Of a stretch of DNA of 64,000 nucleotides, positions 14,568 to 24,558 are shown one piece after another (position 1 is the first letter of the stretch; each line of letters starts with the position of its first letter). The stretch is taken from IMG/VR virus record IMGVR_UViG_3300031857_000001. One strand, given 5' to 3'. This DNA comes from a virus. Its lineage: Duplodnaviria; Caudoviricetes. Under the pieces are notes generated by a model that was given only the letters and a program-made list of their open reading frames with translations, did no database searches and was not told where the DNA came from. A program made the translations under genes and the position numbers.

Positions 14568-16613
14568 TTATTCCCCTTTTTTCTTTCTTGGTTTTTTAAC
14601 CGTAATAGGTTTATTTTCAATAATATTTATTTCTTTATTGTCTACAGATAGTCGATATTCTCCATTTTCGATAATATTGCCCTTTAGAACTTCTTCAGAA
14701 ATATAGTCTTCAATTTTATCTTGAATGGCTCTCTTAAGAGGCCTAGCTCCAAACTGCTCGTCAAAACCAACTTCAGATATTAGTTCAACAACATTTTCTT
14801 CGTAAGAAATATTGTATTTTAAATTTACTAAACGCTTACAAAGTTTATCAAGTTCAAGTTTAACAATTTGTTGTATGTCTTCTTTTTTCAAATTGTTAAA
14901 TACAATAACCTCATCAATACGATTTAAAAATTCAGGAGCGAAAAACTTTTGAAGTTCTTTTTTAAGAACATCTCTCTTATATTCTTCCTCAATATAAGAG
15001 TTAACACTCTTAAAACCAATTCCAGCACCGAACTCTTGTAATTTTTTGGCTCCAATATTCGAGGTCATAATAATGACACAATTTTTAAAGTTGATTTTTC
15101 TTCCCAATCCATCGGTTACGTGACCATCGTCTAACACCTGAAGTAAGGTTGAAAAAATATCCTTATTGGCTTTTTCAATCTCATCAAATAATATAACCGA
15201 ATATGGTTTATTCTTAACTTGTTCTGTCAACTGCCCGCCTTCATCATAACCAACATATCCTGGAGGAGCTCCAATCAATCGAGATATTGTATGTTTCTCT
15301 TGGAATTCGGACATATCAATTCTGATAAGATTATCTTCACTACCAAAAATTTGTTTTGCAAGTTCTTTTGCTAACAATGTTTTTCCAATACCTGTAGAAC
15401 CTAAGAATATGAATGAACCAATTGGTTTGTTTGGGTCCTTAATCCCTAATCTATTTCTTCTAATTGATTTGGCGATTTTAGATACTGCGGAATCCTGACC
15501 AATAACCTTTCCTGAAAGTTCCTCCTCTAATGACGCCAATTTTTTGGTTTCATCTGAATTTAATTTAGAGATAGGTATTTTGGTCATATTTGATACCGTT
15601 TCATAAACTAAATCAGTGGTTATTTCCTTTTTTTGTAATATCAAATCATCATCGAATTTCTTTTTCTCATCCTCTAGTTTCCCCAAAATTTTCTTTTCCT
15701 TATCCCTAAGGTTTGCCGCTTCTTCATAGTTTTGTTTCTTAACAACTTCTATTTTTTGTTGTTTTATTTCGGCGGCTTGTTGTTTTAGTTGGTCAATTAC
15801 TTCGGGTACTTTAATCTCAACTTGACTTCTGGCACCCACTTCGTCGATAATGTCGAAAGCCTTATCAGGGAATTCTCTATCTGTAATATATCGCTCAGCC
15901 AAATCAACGCATAGGGTTAAAATTTCGTCAGAATATTTAACTTTGTGATAATTTTCATACTTATCCTTGATATTTTTCAAAATAAGAAATGTCTCATGTT
16001 TTGTTGCAGAATCAACAATAACTTTTTGAAATCTCCTTTCTAAAGCCCCATCCTTCTCAAAATTCTTTCTATACTCATCCAACGTCGTTGCTCCGACACA
16101 TTGAATCTCCCCACGGGCAAGTGCTGGTTTAAATATGTTGGACGCATCTAACGAACCTGATGAATTTCCGGCACCAACTATTGTATGAATTTCATCAATA
16201 AAAACAATAATATTTGGTGACGATTGTAATTCTTCGATGATAACCTTCATTCTTTCTTCAAACTGACCACGATACTTAGTTCCCGCAACAATCGATGTCA
16301 TATCTAAAGATACAATTCTTTTGTCCATAAGATTTCTAGGGCAATCTCCATTGAAAATTTTAATGGCTAATCCCTCAACAATAGCGGTTTTACCACAACC
16401 TGGTTCACCAATGATGATTGGATTGTTCTTTTTTCTTCTCGCCAAAATCTGAGCGATTCTTGTTATCTCTCTTTCTCTACCAATAACAGGGTCTAATTTA
16501 CCTTCCTCAGCTAGTTTTATTAAATCTCTACTGAAATTATCAAGGACTGGAGTTGACGAATCTCCTTTTGATTTGCTTTTGCTCTTTCCGTCATTATCCA
16601 TTGGTTCGGTCAT
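14568..16613 (-). CDS. clpC: ClpC-like Hsp100 AAA+ ATPase lacking the N-terminal Clp-repeat domain
   Basis: Two AAA modules (GEPGCGKT/IDEIH; GSTGIGKT/FDEIEK), UVR-type M domain YEEAANLRDKE, GIGF loop; starts directly at the LDNFSRDL linker. Confidence 0.9.
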   Translation of the reverse strand: MTEPMDNDGKSKSKSKGDSSTPVLDNFSRDLIKLAEEGKLDPVIGREREITRIAQILARRKKNNPIIIGEPGCGKTAIVEGLAIKIFNGDCPRNLMDKRIVSLDMTSIVAGTKYRGQFEERMKVIIEELQSSPNIIVFIDEIHTIVGAGNSSGSLDASNIFKPALARGEIQCVGATTLDEYRKNFEKDGALERRFQKVIVDSATKHETFLILKNIKDKYENYHKVKYSDEILTLCVDLAERYITDREFPDKAFDIIDEVGARSQVEIKVPEVIDQLKQQAAEIKQQKIEVVKKQNYEEAANLRDKEKKILGKLEDEKKKFDDDLILQKKEITTDLVYETVSNMTKIPISKLNSDETKKLASLEEELSGKVIGQDSAVSKIAKSIRRNRLGIKDPNKPIGSFIFLGSTGIGKTLLAKELAKQIFGSEDNLIRIDMSEFQEKHTISRLIGAPPGYVGYDEGGQLTEQVKNKPYSVILFDEIEKANKDIFSTLLQVLDDGHVTDGLGRKINFKNCVIIMTSNIGAKKLQEFGAGIGFKSVNSYIEEEYKRDVLKKELQKFFAPEFLNRIDEVIVFNNLKKEDIQQIVKLELDKLCKRLVNLKYNISYEENVVELISEVGFDEQFGARPLKRAIQDKIEDYISEEVLKGNIIENGEYRLSVDNKEINIIENKPITVKKPRKKKGE

Positions 16614-16660
16614 AACTATTTTTTTTTTAATAATAACAATTATTTTTTAAAAAAAAAGTT

Positions 16661-16903
16661 ATGGGAATAATCAAAGAAGAAATTATCGGAACAAAAATTA
16701 TTAATGAAATTCAGTCAAGTAATCTTAAAAAAACTGAATATGATACTGAAACCAAAAAAATGTTGGTTGAGTTCAATACAGGTGCGAAATATGAATACTC
16801 TGAGGTCCCCCACCAAGTTTATACTCAGTTTAGAATGTCAGAATCACAAGGAAAATTTTTTAATTCAAAGATTTCTAAGACGTATAAATATAGAAAAATT
16901 TAA
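16661..16903 (+). CDS. KTSC domain protein
   Basis: SSNL...YD...MLVEF..G..YEY..VP...Y..F..SESQGKFFN. Confidence 0.85.
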   Translation: MGIIKEEIIGTKIINEIQSSNLKKTEYDTETKKMLVEFNTGAKYEYSEVPHQVYTQFRMSESQGKFFNSKISKTYKYRKI

Positions 16904-16933
16904 CAATTAACACTACTCAAATATTTATCTCTG

Positions 16934-18610
16934 ATGAGTAGTTTAAAAGATATTCTTTCAAGTTTTCATCTACAAGATGAACTGAATCCAAAAATTTGGT
17001 CCAAAGACGGACAAAAAATGAATCCAAAGGTCCGTGAAAGACTATTGGAGATAACCAATGACTTTGTAGAATTTTTGGGTGTTGACATCATTGTTACTGA
17101 TGTGATAATGACAGGTTCACTGGCCAATTATAATTGGTCAAAATTTTCTGATATTGATTTACACATAGTTGCAAATTTTTCTCAATTCTCAGAAGAACAA
17201 TTACCTCTATATGAAGAGTTATTTAAACTTAAAAAAACTTTATATAACGACAAACATAATATAAAGATTTTCGGTTATGACGTTGAGTTATACGTTCAAA
17301 ATGAAACTGAAATTCATTTTAGTAGTGGCGTTTATTCCGTGTTGTTTGATGAATGGAGTAACGAACCTAAAAAAGAATCAGTTAAAGTTGATAAAGAACT
17401 TATTAAAGTTAAATCACAACAATGGATGGATATTATTGATAGTGTGATTGAAAATGCGTCTGATGAGCCATTAGAAAGGGCTAAAAAAATAATAAAAAAA
17501 TATAAAGATAAGTTAAAAAAATATAGAACATGCGGTTTAGAAAAGGATGGGGAATATTCAGATGAGAATTTGGTCTTTAAAGTTCTAAGAAGAAATGGAT
17601 ATATTGAAAAATTATTTAATTTTGAAAACCAACACACCGATAAACAACTGTCTTTAAAAGAACAAGAGGAGGATGAGGAATATTCAAATGTCATATCTAG
17701 TTTAGTTGATTTATCGAAAAAAAATATAACATTAATTAACGAACCAAAACCAAAAGGTCAAAAAACTTTTAATCCTGATACTGAAATACTCCAAAATGCT
17801 TTAATTTTAATGGGTTATCCTTTACCTAAATTTGGAGTTGACGGTAAATTTGGAAAAGAAACACAAACTGCCGTAGAATCTTTCGAAGATGAAAATGGGT
17901 TGAATGTTGACGGAAAAGTTGATTCAAATGATTTCAAAAAAATGTCAGAAGTTATTTTTAAAAGAAAACCTGTTAAAAGTTTAGAACCTATAAAATCAAA
18001 GGAAACCGAATTAATTGTTAAAAAAGAACCAAAAATTGTTGTTCCATCAGGTTCAGTTGATTTTAGACAAATTACAAGAAATGTAATCAACAATTTGGAA
18101 GGTGGTTATTATAATCCAAATTGGCATAGTACAAAAGGAATGGGAAGGTCTGGTGAAACCATGTTTGGAATCGATAGGAGACACGGAGGTAAATACAATA
18201 CAAGCGCACCTGGAATTAAATTTTGGAGTATAATTGATAAAAATAAAAATCCAAAAACTTGGAAATATAATTATAGAGGAGGAAGTTTGGAGGGAGAATT
18301 AACTGATTTAGTTGTTGATATAATTCAGCCATTCTATAATGAATTCAAGGATAGATATCTTTCACCTGAAGCTAAAAAAATTGTTGATAGCGACTCAAGA
18401 TTAACTTTCCATTTCGCTTATGCTGTTTGGAATGGTCCAGGATGGTTTAGAAAATTTGCAAGAGTTATTAATAAATCAGTTGAGAAAGGTCAAACTAATC
18501 CAAATATACTAGCAAAAACCGCAATTAGAAGTAGAGTTGATAGTGGTAATAGTTTGATTGCTAAGGGTGGTAGAAAGATTGATGACGTTCTTGGAATTAA
18601 CGCGGCTTAA
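16934..18610 (+). CDS. fusion: pol-beta-type nucleotidyltransferase + peptidoglycan-binding domain + GH108-like lysozyme
   Basis: GSLANYNWS..SDIDLH and DVELY; LQNALILMGY..GVDGKFGKETQTAVESF...GLNVDG; EGGY...GETMFGI. Confidence 0.75.
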   Translation: MSSLKDILSSFHLQDELNPKIWSKDGQKMNPKVRERLLEITNDFVEFLGVDIIVTDVIMTGSLANYNWSKFSDIDLHIVANFSQFSEEQLPLYEELFKLKKTLYNDKHNIKIFGYDVELYVQNETEIHFSSGVYSVLFDEWSNEPKKESVKVDKELIKVKSQQWMDIIDSVIENASDEPLERAKKIIKKYKDKLKKYRTCGLEKDGEYSDENLVFKVLRRNGYIEKLFNFENQHTDKQLSLKEQEEDEEYSNVISSLVDLSKKNITLINEPKPKGQKTFNPDTEILQNALILMGYPLPKFGVDGKFGKETQTAVESFEDENGLNVDGKVDSNDFKKMSEVIFKRKPVKSLEPIKSKETELIVKKEPKIVVPSGSVDFRQITRNVINNLEGGYYNPNWHSTKGMGRSGETMFGIDRRHGGKYNTSAPGIKFWSIIDKNKNPKTWKYNYRGGSLEGELTDLVVDIIQPFYNEFKDRYLSPEAKKIVDSDSRLTFHFAYAVWNGPGWFRKFARVINKSVEKGQTNPNILAKTAIRSRVDSGNSLIAKGGRKIDDVLGINAA

Positions 18611-18679
18611 TTTAAAATTAAATATTTATATTTCGCCGTATATTTATATATAAAAATTAATTTTTTAAAAAAAAACAAA

Positions 18680-19975
18680 ATGGGAAATTTAAGACCAATT
18701 GGTAGTGAGAAATTAGAAGGTATGGATAAAATTAACCGTATCATGGAAATTGCACGTTATAACGAGCACATCCCACAACCAATAAATGAAGACTCATCTA
18801 ATGAATATAAAATTACGTTGGCCGATGGGTTTAACTATCAAATAGTTAAAGAAAAGAATGGTTACGTCCTTAAAAAAGGACTTAATGAGTCTTATGATTA
18901 TCTTGAACCTATGAAAAATAGAAAACACTATTCTTCATATTCTGCGGCATTTAAGAGATTAAATCTAATTGCTAAAGAAGTTAATATTAACGAAGGTCAA
19001 GATAAGAATATTTCATTGTTTACTGAAAGCGAAGACTCTGAGAAAAAATATTATTTAAAACTTAATACCAATGAACAGGCAGCACCCGCACCCGCGCCAG
19101 CACCCGCACCAGCACCTGTATCTGCTCCGGCACCCGAGGCTGAAGTACCGGCAGCTCCCGTAGAACCTGAAGCGGAAATGCCTCCTATGGATGATATGGC
19201 GGATGAGGGTCAAGACGATGAAATTGTAACATTTAAGACAATTCAAAAATTGACTGGAAAATTGGGTCAAAAATTAAGAACATTAAATGCTGATGAAGAA
19301 AACAAAATGACATCAGATGATGTAAAATACGTGATTAATTCAGTTCTTTCTGCTTTGGATTTGAATACTTTGCAGCCTGAGGATAAGGAAGAAATTATGT
19401 CTAAGTTCGAAGGTGGTGAAGATATGGGTATGGAACCTGACATGGGTGATGAAGAAATGGGAATGGGTCCTGAAGGTGAAGAAGAGGAAATGCCAGTGGC
19501 TCCTGAAGGTGAAATGGCGGAAGGAGATATGGGAATGTCAATGGATGATATTAGCTCAATGTTTGATGATGAAGAGTCTGATGATTTTGATTATCCATCA
19601 CAACCAAGACATAGAAAAATTAAAGATAGAAGAATTAGTGACGACCACGCATACAAAATGGAAGAAATGATTGAGGGTATTTTCTCTGAATCTAAAATTG
19701 ATAAAATTTTAAAGAAGTATTTCCAAATTGACGAGGCAGAAAAAAGAGAGGTTCAAAATAAAAAACCAAAAGTGGTTTCAGAAGAAGTTGAACGTAAAAA
19801 ATTAGTTAAGAGAGTTCAATATGTTTCTGAAAGTGAAACTCAGTATTTGAAATCAAAGAAGCTTATTACTCAATACCCTGATGCTAAATTGTTAGGAAAA
19901 ACAAAGAACAAAAATTTGGTTTTCCAAGTAAATGAATCTAAAATTAAGATTACTCCTAAGGGTGAGGTTATATGA
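18680..19975 (+). CDS. acidic Pro/Glu-rich putative head-associated protein
   Basis: 431 aa; APAPAP linker, many LxE/IxE sites; late motifs at 18623 and 18641. Confidence 0.65.
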   Translation: MGNLRPIGSEKLEGMDKINRIMEIARYNEHIPQPINEDSSNEYKITLADGFNYQIVKEKNGYVLKKGLNESYDYLEPMKNRKHYSSYSAAFKRLNLIAKEVNINEGQDKNISLFTESEDSEKKYYLKLNTNEQAAPAPAPAPAPAPVSAPAPEAEVPAAPVEPEAEMPPMDDMADEGQDDEIVTFKTIQKLTGKLGQKLRTLNADEENKMTSDDVKYVINSVLSALDLNTLQPEDKEEIMSKFEGGEDMGMEPDMGDEEMGMGPEGEEEEMPVAPEGEMAEGDMGMSMDDISSMFDDEESDDFDYPSQPRHRKIKDRRISDDHAYKMEEMIEGIFSESKIDKILKKYFQIDEAEKREVQNKKPKVVSEEVERKKLVKRVQYVSESETQYLKSKKLITQYPDAKLLGKTKNKNLVFQVNESKIKITPKGEVI

Positions 19976-20385
19976 GTTATTTGATATTTGTAAATGAATT
20001 AGGACCAAATTATAAGGGAGATAACATATACGAGTTTATTTTTTCTGACGATTTGGAAGGTGTGTGGGGAGATTCATGGGAATCAAAACCATCAAACGGA
20101 TATCCCCTCCCACCTGATTTAGAATATATAAAAAAAGTTGGAGTTTTGAAAAACGACATAATAACAATGTCCGTGATTCAAAACTCTGATTATTTTTCAA
20201 TGGTTGATGCAATTGATGGTGTAATTGCTTTGTGTTGGGAAAACGAAAGTGAATCCATTGATTTTGATAGGCACAAGCGTTTAGTTTTTAGATTTGGGGA
20301 ACCAGAAGAAACCGTTAAAAATAAATTATACGAAAGAGACATCGTATTAGAATTTGAAAAAAAAATACAATATGAAAGCCAATAA
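19972..20385 (+). CDS. hypothetical protein
   Basis: 137 aa, ATGA-coupled, head cluster. Confidence 0.75.
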   Translation: MSYLIFVNELGPNYKGDNIYEFIFSDDLEGVWGDSWESKPSNGYPLPPDLEYIKKVGVLKNDIITMSVIQNSDYFSMVDAIDGVIALCWENESESIDFDRHKRLVFRFGEPEETVKNKLYERDIVLEFEKKIQYESQ

Positions 20386-21382
20386 AAAAATAATGGAGTT
20401 ATTAAATCACGGATTTAGTAATTCTTTGCTTTCGTCTTTAAATGAAAGACAAGTCGATTCTTTATACCAAAGATTAGATGAATCTAAAAAGGAAAATAAA
20501 GAACAGGTTACCACAAGCGCAACCACGGTCCAAATTGTCGGACCAAAAGGTGGTACAGCCACAGTAGGAGGAAAACCGGTTACTTTAACACCAACTTCAG
20601 GAGGTATGGCAATTGAGTCTGAGAGTGAAATGAATGAGGATGATGATACCGATATCGCCTTGGCGTTACAATCTAAAGAAACTAGTGAAGAGGAATCTAA
20701 CGATGGGGATGTTTTATTGGCTATGAATGACCCTGAAATGGCGGTTACATTCGGTGCTCAAGATTTAGGAGAAAAATTTGAATCAAAAAAACAACAGAAA
20801 TATTTTTGGTACAAGTGTGGTGATGGTAAAACAAAAGAACAGAAAAAGTGGTGTAAGATGGCAAAAGAATTTTCTGATTCTACTAAAAATTTTAGTAAAT
20901 TACCTGAAAAAAAGAAAAAAGAAACAAAAGAAGAATTTGGAATGGGAGATTATACAAAAAAATTATCATCAGTGTTAGCAAATAATTTAGAAAAAGCTGC
21001 GTATAATATGAAACCTGTTGTTAAATTTGGCGAAAGTGTTTTAGAAAAGAAAATTAGTAATTTAGTAGAAAAACATTTACCACCTAAGATGAGTAAAAAA
21101 GATTTAGTGAATATGATTAATGAGGCGGGAAAAGAAGTTGAGACTCCTGTAAAACCGGATGTTAAACCTGAAAGACCAAAGCCTCAGACCCCATACCAAC
21201 CAAAACATAAACCAGCACCAAAAGCCGGTGAAAGAGAAGTAGAAACCCCTGTCAAACCTGACGTTAAACCAGAAAGACCGAAACCACAGACCCCATATCA
21301 ACCAAAACATAAACCAGCTCCAAAAGCCGAGGATATACCACAATGGTTAACTTTCGGTGCAATTGGTATTAACTTAAAATAA
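20372..21382 (+). CDS. putative head-associated protein with duplicated 31-aa Pro/Lys motif
   Basis: ATG at 20372 in the track frame; KFESKKQQKYFW motif; EVETPVKPDVKPERPKPQTPYQPKHKPAPKA x2. Confidence 0.7.
   Translation: MKANKKIMELLNHGFSNSLLSSLNERQVDSLYQRLDESKKENKEQVTTSATTVQIVGPKGGTATVGGKPVTLTPTSGGMAIESESEMNEDDDTDIALALQSKETSEEESNDGDVLLAMNDPEMAVTFGAQDLGEKFESKKQQKYFWYKCGDGKTKEQKKWCKMAKEFSDSTKNFSKLPEKKKKETKEEFGMGDYTKKLSSVLANNLEKAAYNMKPVVKFGESVLEKKISNLVEKHLPPKMSKKDLVNMINEAGKEVETPVKPDVKPERPKPQTPYQPKHKPAPKAGEREVETPVKPDVKPERPKPQTPYQPKHKPAPKAEDIPQWLTFGAIGINLK
21134..21328 (+). repeat. 93-bp direct repeat (period 102 bp), identical peptide
   Basis: Copies 21134-21226 and 21236-21328; 12 synonymous and 0 non-synonymous differences by codon comparison. 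Confidence 0.9.
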
Positions 21383-21383
21383 T

Positions 21384-22709
21384 ATGAGTTTCAATCCAAA
21401 AATGAAAAAAGTTATCAACGAAAAAACCAATTTGGAAAAAAAATTGGTAACAGAAGGTCTCACAAAAAAAGAAAGTGATAGATTGAAAAATTTAAAATTA
21501 AAACTTAATGAGGCACCTATTGATTACGAAGGTCCTGAAAGGATGGGTCGTGACATCGAGAGAAAAATAACTAGTAAAGAAACTCCATATTCTGAAAATC
21601 CGGCTTTACCAAAGGGGGACAGAGACTTTGTCGAGTTAGTTTCCTCAAAAAGATTCAAAGATTCTGTCGACACTGTAAGACGATATTTGGGTACTACCGC
21701 ACCTTTACAGGGAGGTAATCCACTCATGCAACTTATGGGTATGGCCATGCAGTCTCTACAACAAGTAATGAGAATTGAATTTCAAAATAAAGAATATCTC
21801 GAAAGATTGGCGGTTGATTTGGTTAAAAAAGAAATGGGAATTCCTGACGGGGCGATGCAATTTGATGCAAAGTTAGTTTCAGGACCAATGTCTTCCGCAG
21901 AAGGAATGAGGTCCACGCCTCAGAAACCAAGTAAAGAGGAAGTTAAACAGGCCTTTAAACATAAAGAAGAGCTGGAAGATTTTGCAGATGAGTTTGAAAA
22001 ATTCAATCTTGAAAAGGCAAAGAGACGTTTCATTAACTCATTAATTCAAGGAGCATCTAAAAAAGGACATTATATGTTTGAGTTAGTTAGAGATGAGTTA
22101 ACTAGTCTTGACCCAAATTTAGTAAATCTATATGGTGTTAACCAATCACTTATGGACCACCTTTATTGGGTAATGCCTGATATGGAAGGTATGGCGGCAA
22201 GTGGTGGAGGTCAGATGGGACAAACAAGTGTTGACCCTGAAACCGACCCACCAACTGTAAAGGCGAGAGCCGCGACATTCCCACTCCTTATTCACGAACT
22301 GATTAAGGGTATTTATGAAATATTTGGTACTCACGGTTTACCTGATGACCCACGTCAAGCCGAAATGGTTATGGGAGCTGAAGACACCCTACCCGCAGAA
22401 ATATGGGATATGAGATTAGGTCCGGTATTTTGGGAAAAATTCACCGAAGCGTATCCAATCGAGTTATTTGATGAAGATAAGAAACATATTCAACATTATT
22501 TGTTCATGAGATTTTCTAAATTACCGGCAGAAGAATTTTTCAAATTCGCTAAAGCGGTATTAAACGGAGACCCATCAGGAACAAAGGCGATGCAAAGAAT
22601 GGTTGATGAGATTGTTTCAGATTTAAAGAAACAAGAATATGAACAAGAGTCTTCCAAATGGGAAGACGATGATATCGACGATGTTGACCTTTCAAGTTTA
22701 GGTCTATAA
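21384..22709 (+). CDS. conserved-looking hypothetical protein, head cluster
   Basis: 441-aa ORF immediately upstream of TerL. Confidence 0.75.
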   Translation: MSFNPKMKKVINEKTNLEKKLVTEGLTKKESDRLKNLKLKLNEAPIDYEGPERMGRDIERKITSKETPYSENPALPKGDRDFVELVSSKRFKDSVDTVRRYLGTTAPLQGGNPLMQLMGMAMQSLQQVMRIEFQNKEYLERLAVDLVKKEMGIPDGAMQFDAKLVSGPMSSAEGMRSTPQKPSKEEVKQAFKHKEELEDFADEFEKFNLEKAKRRFINSLIQGASKKGHYMFELVRDELTSLDPNLVNLYGVNQSLMDHLYWVMPDMEGMAASGGGQMGQTSVDPETDPPTVKARAATFPLLIHELIKGIYEIFGTHGLPDDPRQAEMVMGAEDTLPAEIWDMRLGPVFWEKFTEAYPIELFDEDKKHIQHYLFMRFSKLPAEEFFKFAKAVLNGDPSGTKAMQRMVDEIVSDLKKQEYEQESSKWEDDDIDDVDLSSLGL

Positions 22710-22712
22710 TTA

Positions 22713-22746
22713 AAACCCCCACTTAGTTGGGGGTTTAATATTTATA
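22713..22746 (+). terminator. terminator followed by late promoter motif
   Basis: AAACCCCC-ACTTAGTT-GGGGGTTT then TATTTATA 22739-22746. Confidence 0.7.
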
Positions 22747-22761
22747 TACAAATATAGTCTT

Positions 22762-24522
22762 ATGACAAAAGAACAATTAATGCTGGAGTATGTAAAGTGT
22801 ATGAAGGATACTCCATACGCACTACGTACCTATTTACAAACTTATGACAATACCGTTTCGAAATATGTTCCCTTAGAACTATTTCCTGACCAAATTTCGT
22901 TACTTGATGACTATGAAAACTTTAACGAAAATATTGCATTAAAATATCGACAAGCAGGTGTGTCCACAGTAACCGCTGCGTGGGTATCAAAAAAACTTGC
23001 GTTTGCCAAGAAAAATAAACCTGAAAAAATCCTAATTATTGCCAACAAACTTGACACTTCACAAGAAATGGCAAATAAAATAAGGGCCTTTATAACTCAA
23101 TGGCCTGATTGGGTGGGAGCTGGATTTTCAGCAGAAAAAGATTCTCAAAAACATTACAAATTAAATAATGGTTGTGAGGTAAAGGCCGTTGCAACATCAA
23201 AGGACGCACTTCGTGGATTCACACCAACAATATTAATATTTGACGAGGCGGCATTTATCGATGCTGATTCTGATTTTTGGGCAGCTTGTATGGCGTCCCT
23301 ATCTACGGGTGGTAAGGTAATCGTTGTGTCAACACCTAACGGATATGACCCAATTTATTATGAAATTTATGACCAAGCATTAAGAAATATGAATGATTTC
23401 AAGATTTCAGAGATGTATTGGTTTAGAGACCCAAGATATACTAGAGATTTATATCTTGTTAAGACAAAGGATATTATTCATTATTTGTTAAACAAAGAAG
23501 AATATAGTCATGATGATATTATAAGTTGGGAAAGTATCCCTTTCGATGATAGAAACTATGAAGAACTTAAACTGATTATGGATACGGGATACAAACCATG
23601 TTCAAATTGGTTTGAGGGGATGGTTAAGAAATTAAAATACGACAAACGTAAAGTTTCTCAGGAGTTGGAATGTAACTTTTTGGGTTCTGGTGATAACGTA
23701 TTTGACTCAAATTTGTTACAAAGAGTTAGAGAAAATTATATAAGAGAACCCCAAAATAAAATGATGGGTAACGCTCTTTGGATTTGGAAAGAACCTGTTG
23801 TCGGTCACAAATATGTTATGGGAGTTGACGTTAGTAGGGGAGACAGTGAAGACTTTAGTTCTTTTCAAATTATAGATTTTGATGAGAGAGAACAAGTTGC
23901 CGAGTACGTCGGTAAATTACCTCCTGATACAATGGCTGAGGTTTGTTATAAGTGGGCTAACATGTATTCTTGTTTTGTTGTAATTGATATTACCGGTGGT
24001 ATGGGTGTTTCTACTGCAAGAAAAATGCAAGAAATAGGATTTAAAAATCTATATGTTGACGGTGTTGATGTTGCAAATAAATGGAAATGGGACCCAAAAG
24101 CTGCCGAAAAAATACCAGGTATTAATTTTAATAATAAAAGAGTTCAAATTATTGCTTCGTTTGAGGAAGTCATGAGACATGATTTCAAAATTTACAGTAG
24201 TAGATTATTCAATGAAATGAACACATTCGTTTATATTAACGGAAGACCTGACCACCAAAAAGGGCACCACGATGACTTAATTATGTCAATCGCAATGGCA
24301 ACATATGTTGCAGAATCATCGTTTAGTCAGTTAACTAAAGTTACAGAACAAACTAAAGCCATGATTGAATCTTGGTCGGTTAGTAATAATGAAAATGTTA
24401 CTAATCAACTTGCGTTTAATCCTGTTATTCCTAATTTTAATGAAAGAATGAATCAAAACAGTCAACAAAATGTAACCAAAGAAGATTATATGAAATACGG
24501 TTGGCTATTTGGTGGTAGATAG
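22762..24522 (+). CDS. terminase large subunit (T4 gp17-like)
   Basis: KYRQAGVST Walker A, ILIFDEAAF Walker B, VSTPNG, MGVDVSRG nuclease motif, HDDLIM. Confidence 0.95.
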   Translation: MTKEQLMLEYVKCMKDTPYALRTYLQTYDNTVSKYVPLELFPDQISLLDDYENFNENIALKYRQAGVSTVTAAWVSKKLAFAKKNKPEKILIIANKLDTSQEMANKIRAFITQWPDWVGAGFSAEKDSQKHYKLNNGCEVKAVATSKDALRGFTPTILIFDEAAFIDADSDFWAACMASLSTGGKVIVVSTPNGYDPIYYEIYDQALRNMNDFKISEMYWFRDPRYTRDLYLVKTKDIIHYLLNKEEYSHDDIISWESIPFDDRNYEELKLIMDTGYKPCSNWFEGMVKKLKYDKRKVSQELECNFLGSGDNVFDSNLLQRVRENYIREPQNKMMGNALWIWKEPVVGHKYVMGVDVSRGDSEDFSSFQIIDFDEREQVAEYVGKLPPDTMAEVCYKWANMYSCFVVIDITGGMGVSTARKMQEIGFKNLYVDGVDVANKWKWDPKAAEKIPGINFNNKRVQIIASFEEVMRHDFKIYSSRLFNEMNTFVYINGRPDHQKGHHDDLIMSIAMATYVAESSFSQLTKVTEQTKAMIESWSVSNNENVTNQLAFNPVIPNFNERMNQNSQQNVTKEDYMKYGWLFGGR

Positions 24523-24558
24523 TATTTATATTATTGATAAAGTGTTTAAATTAACTTA

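Noticed and set aside
21104-21343. Trp/Phe-rich repeated antisense ORF; likewise 41066-41344 and 19055-19270
   Set aside because: Mirror images of Pro/Thr repeats in the sense genes
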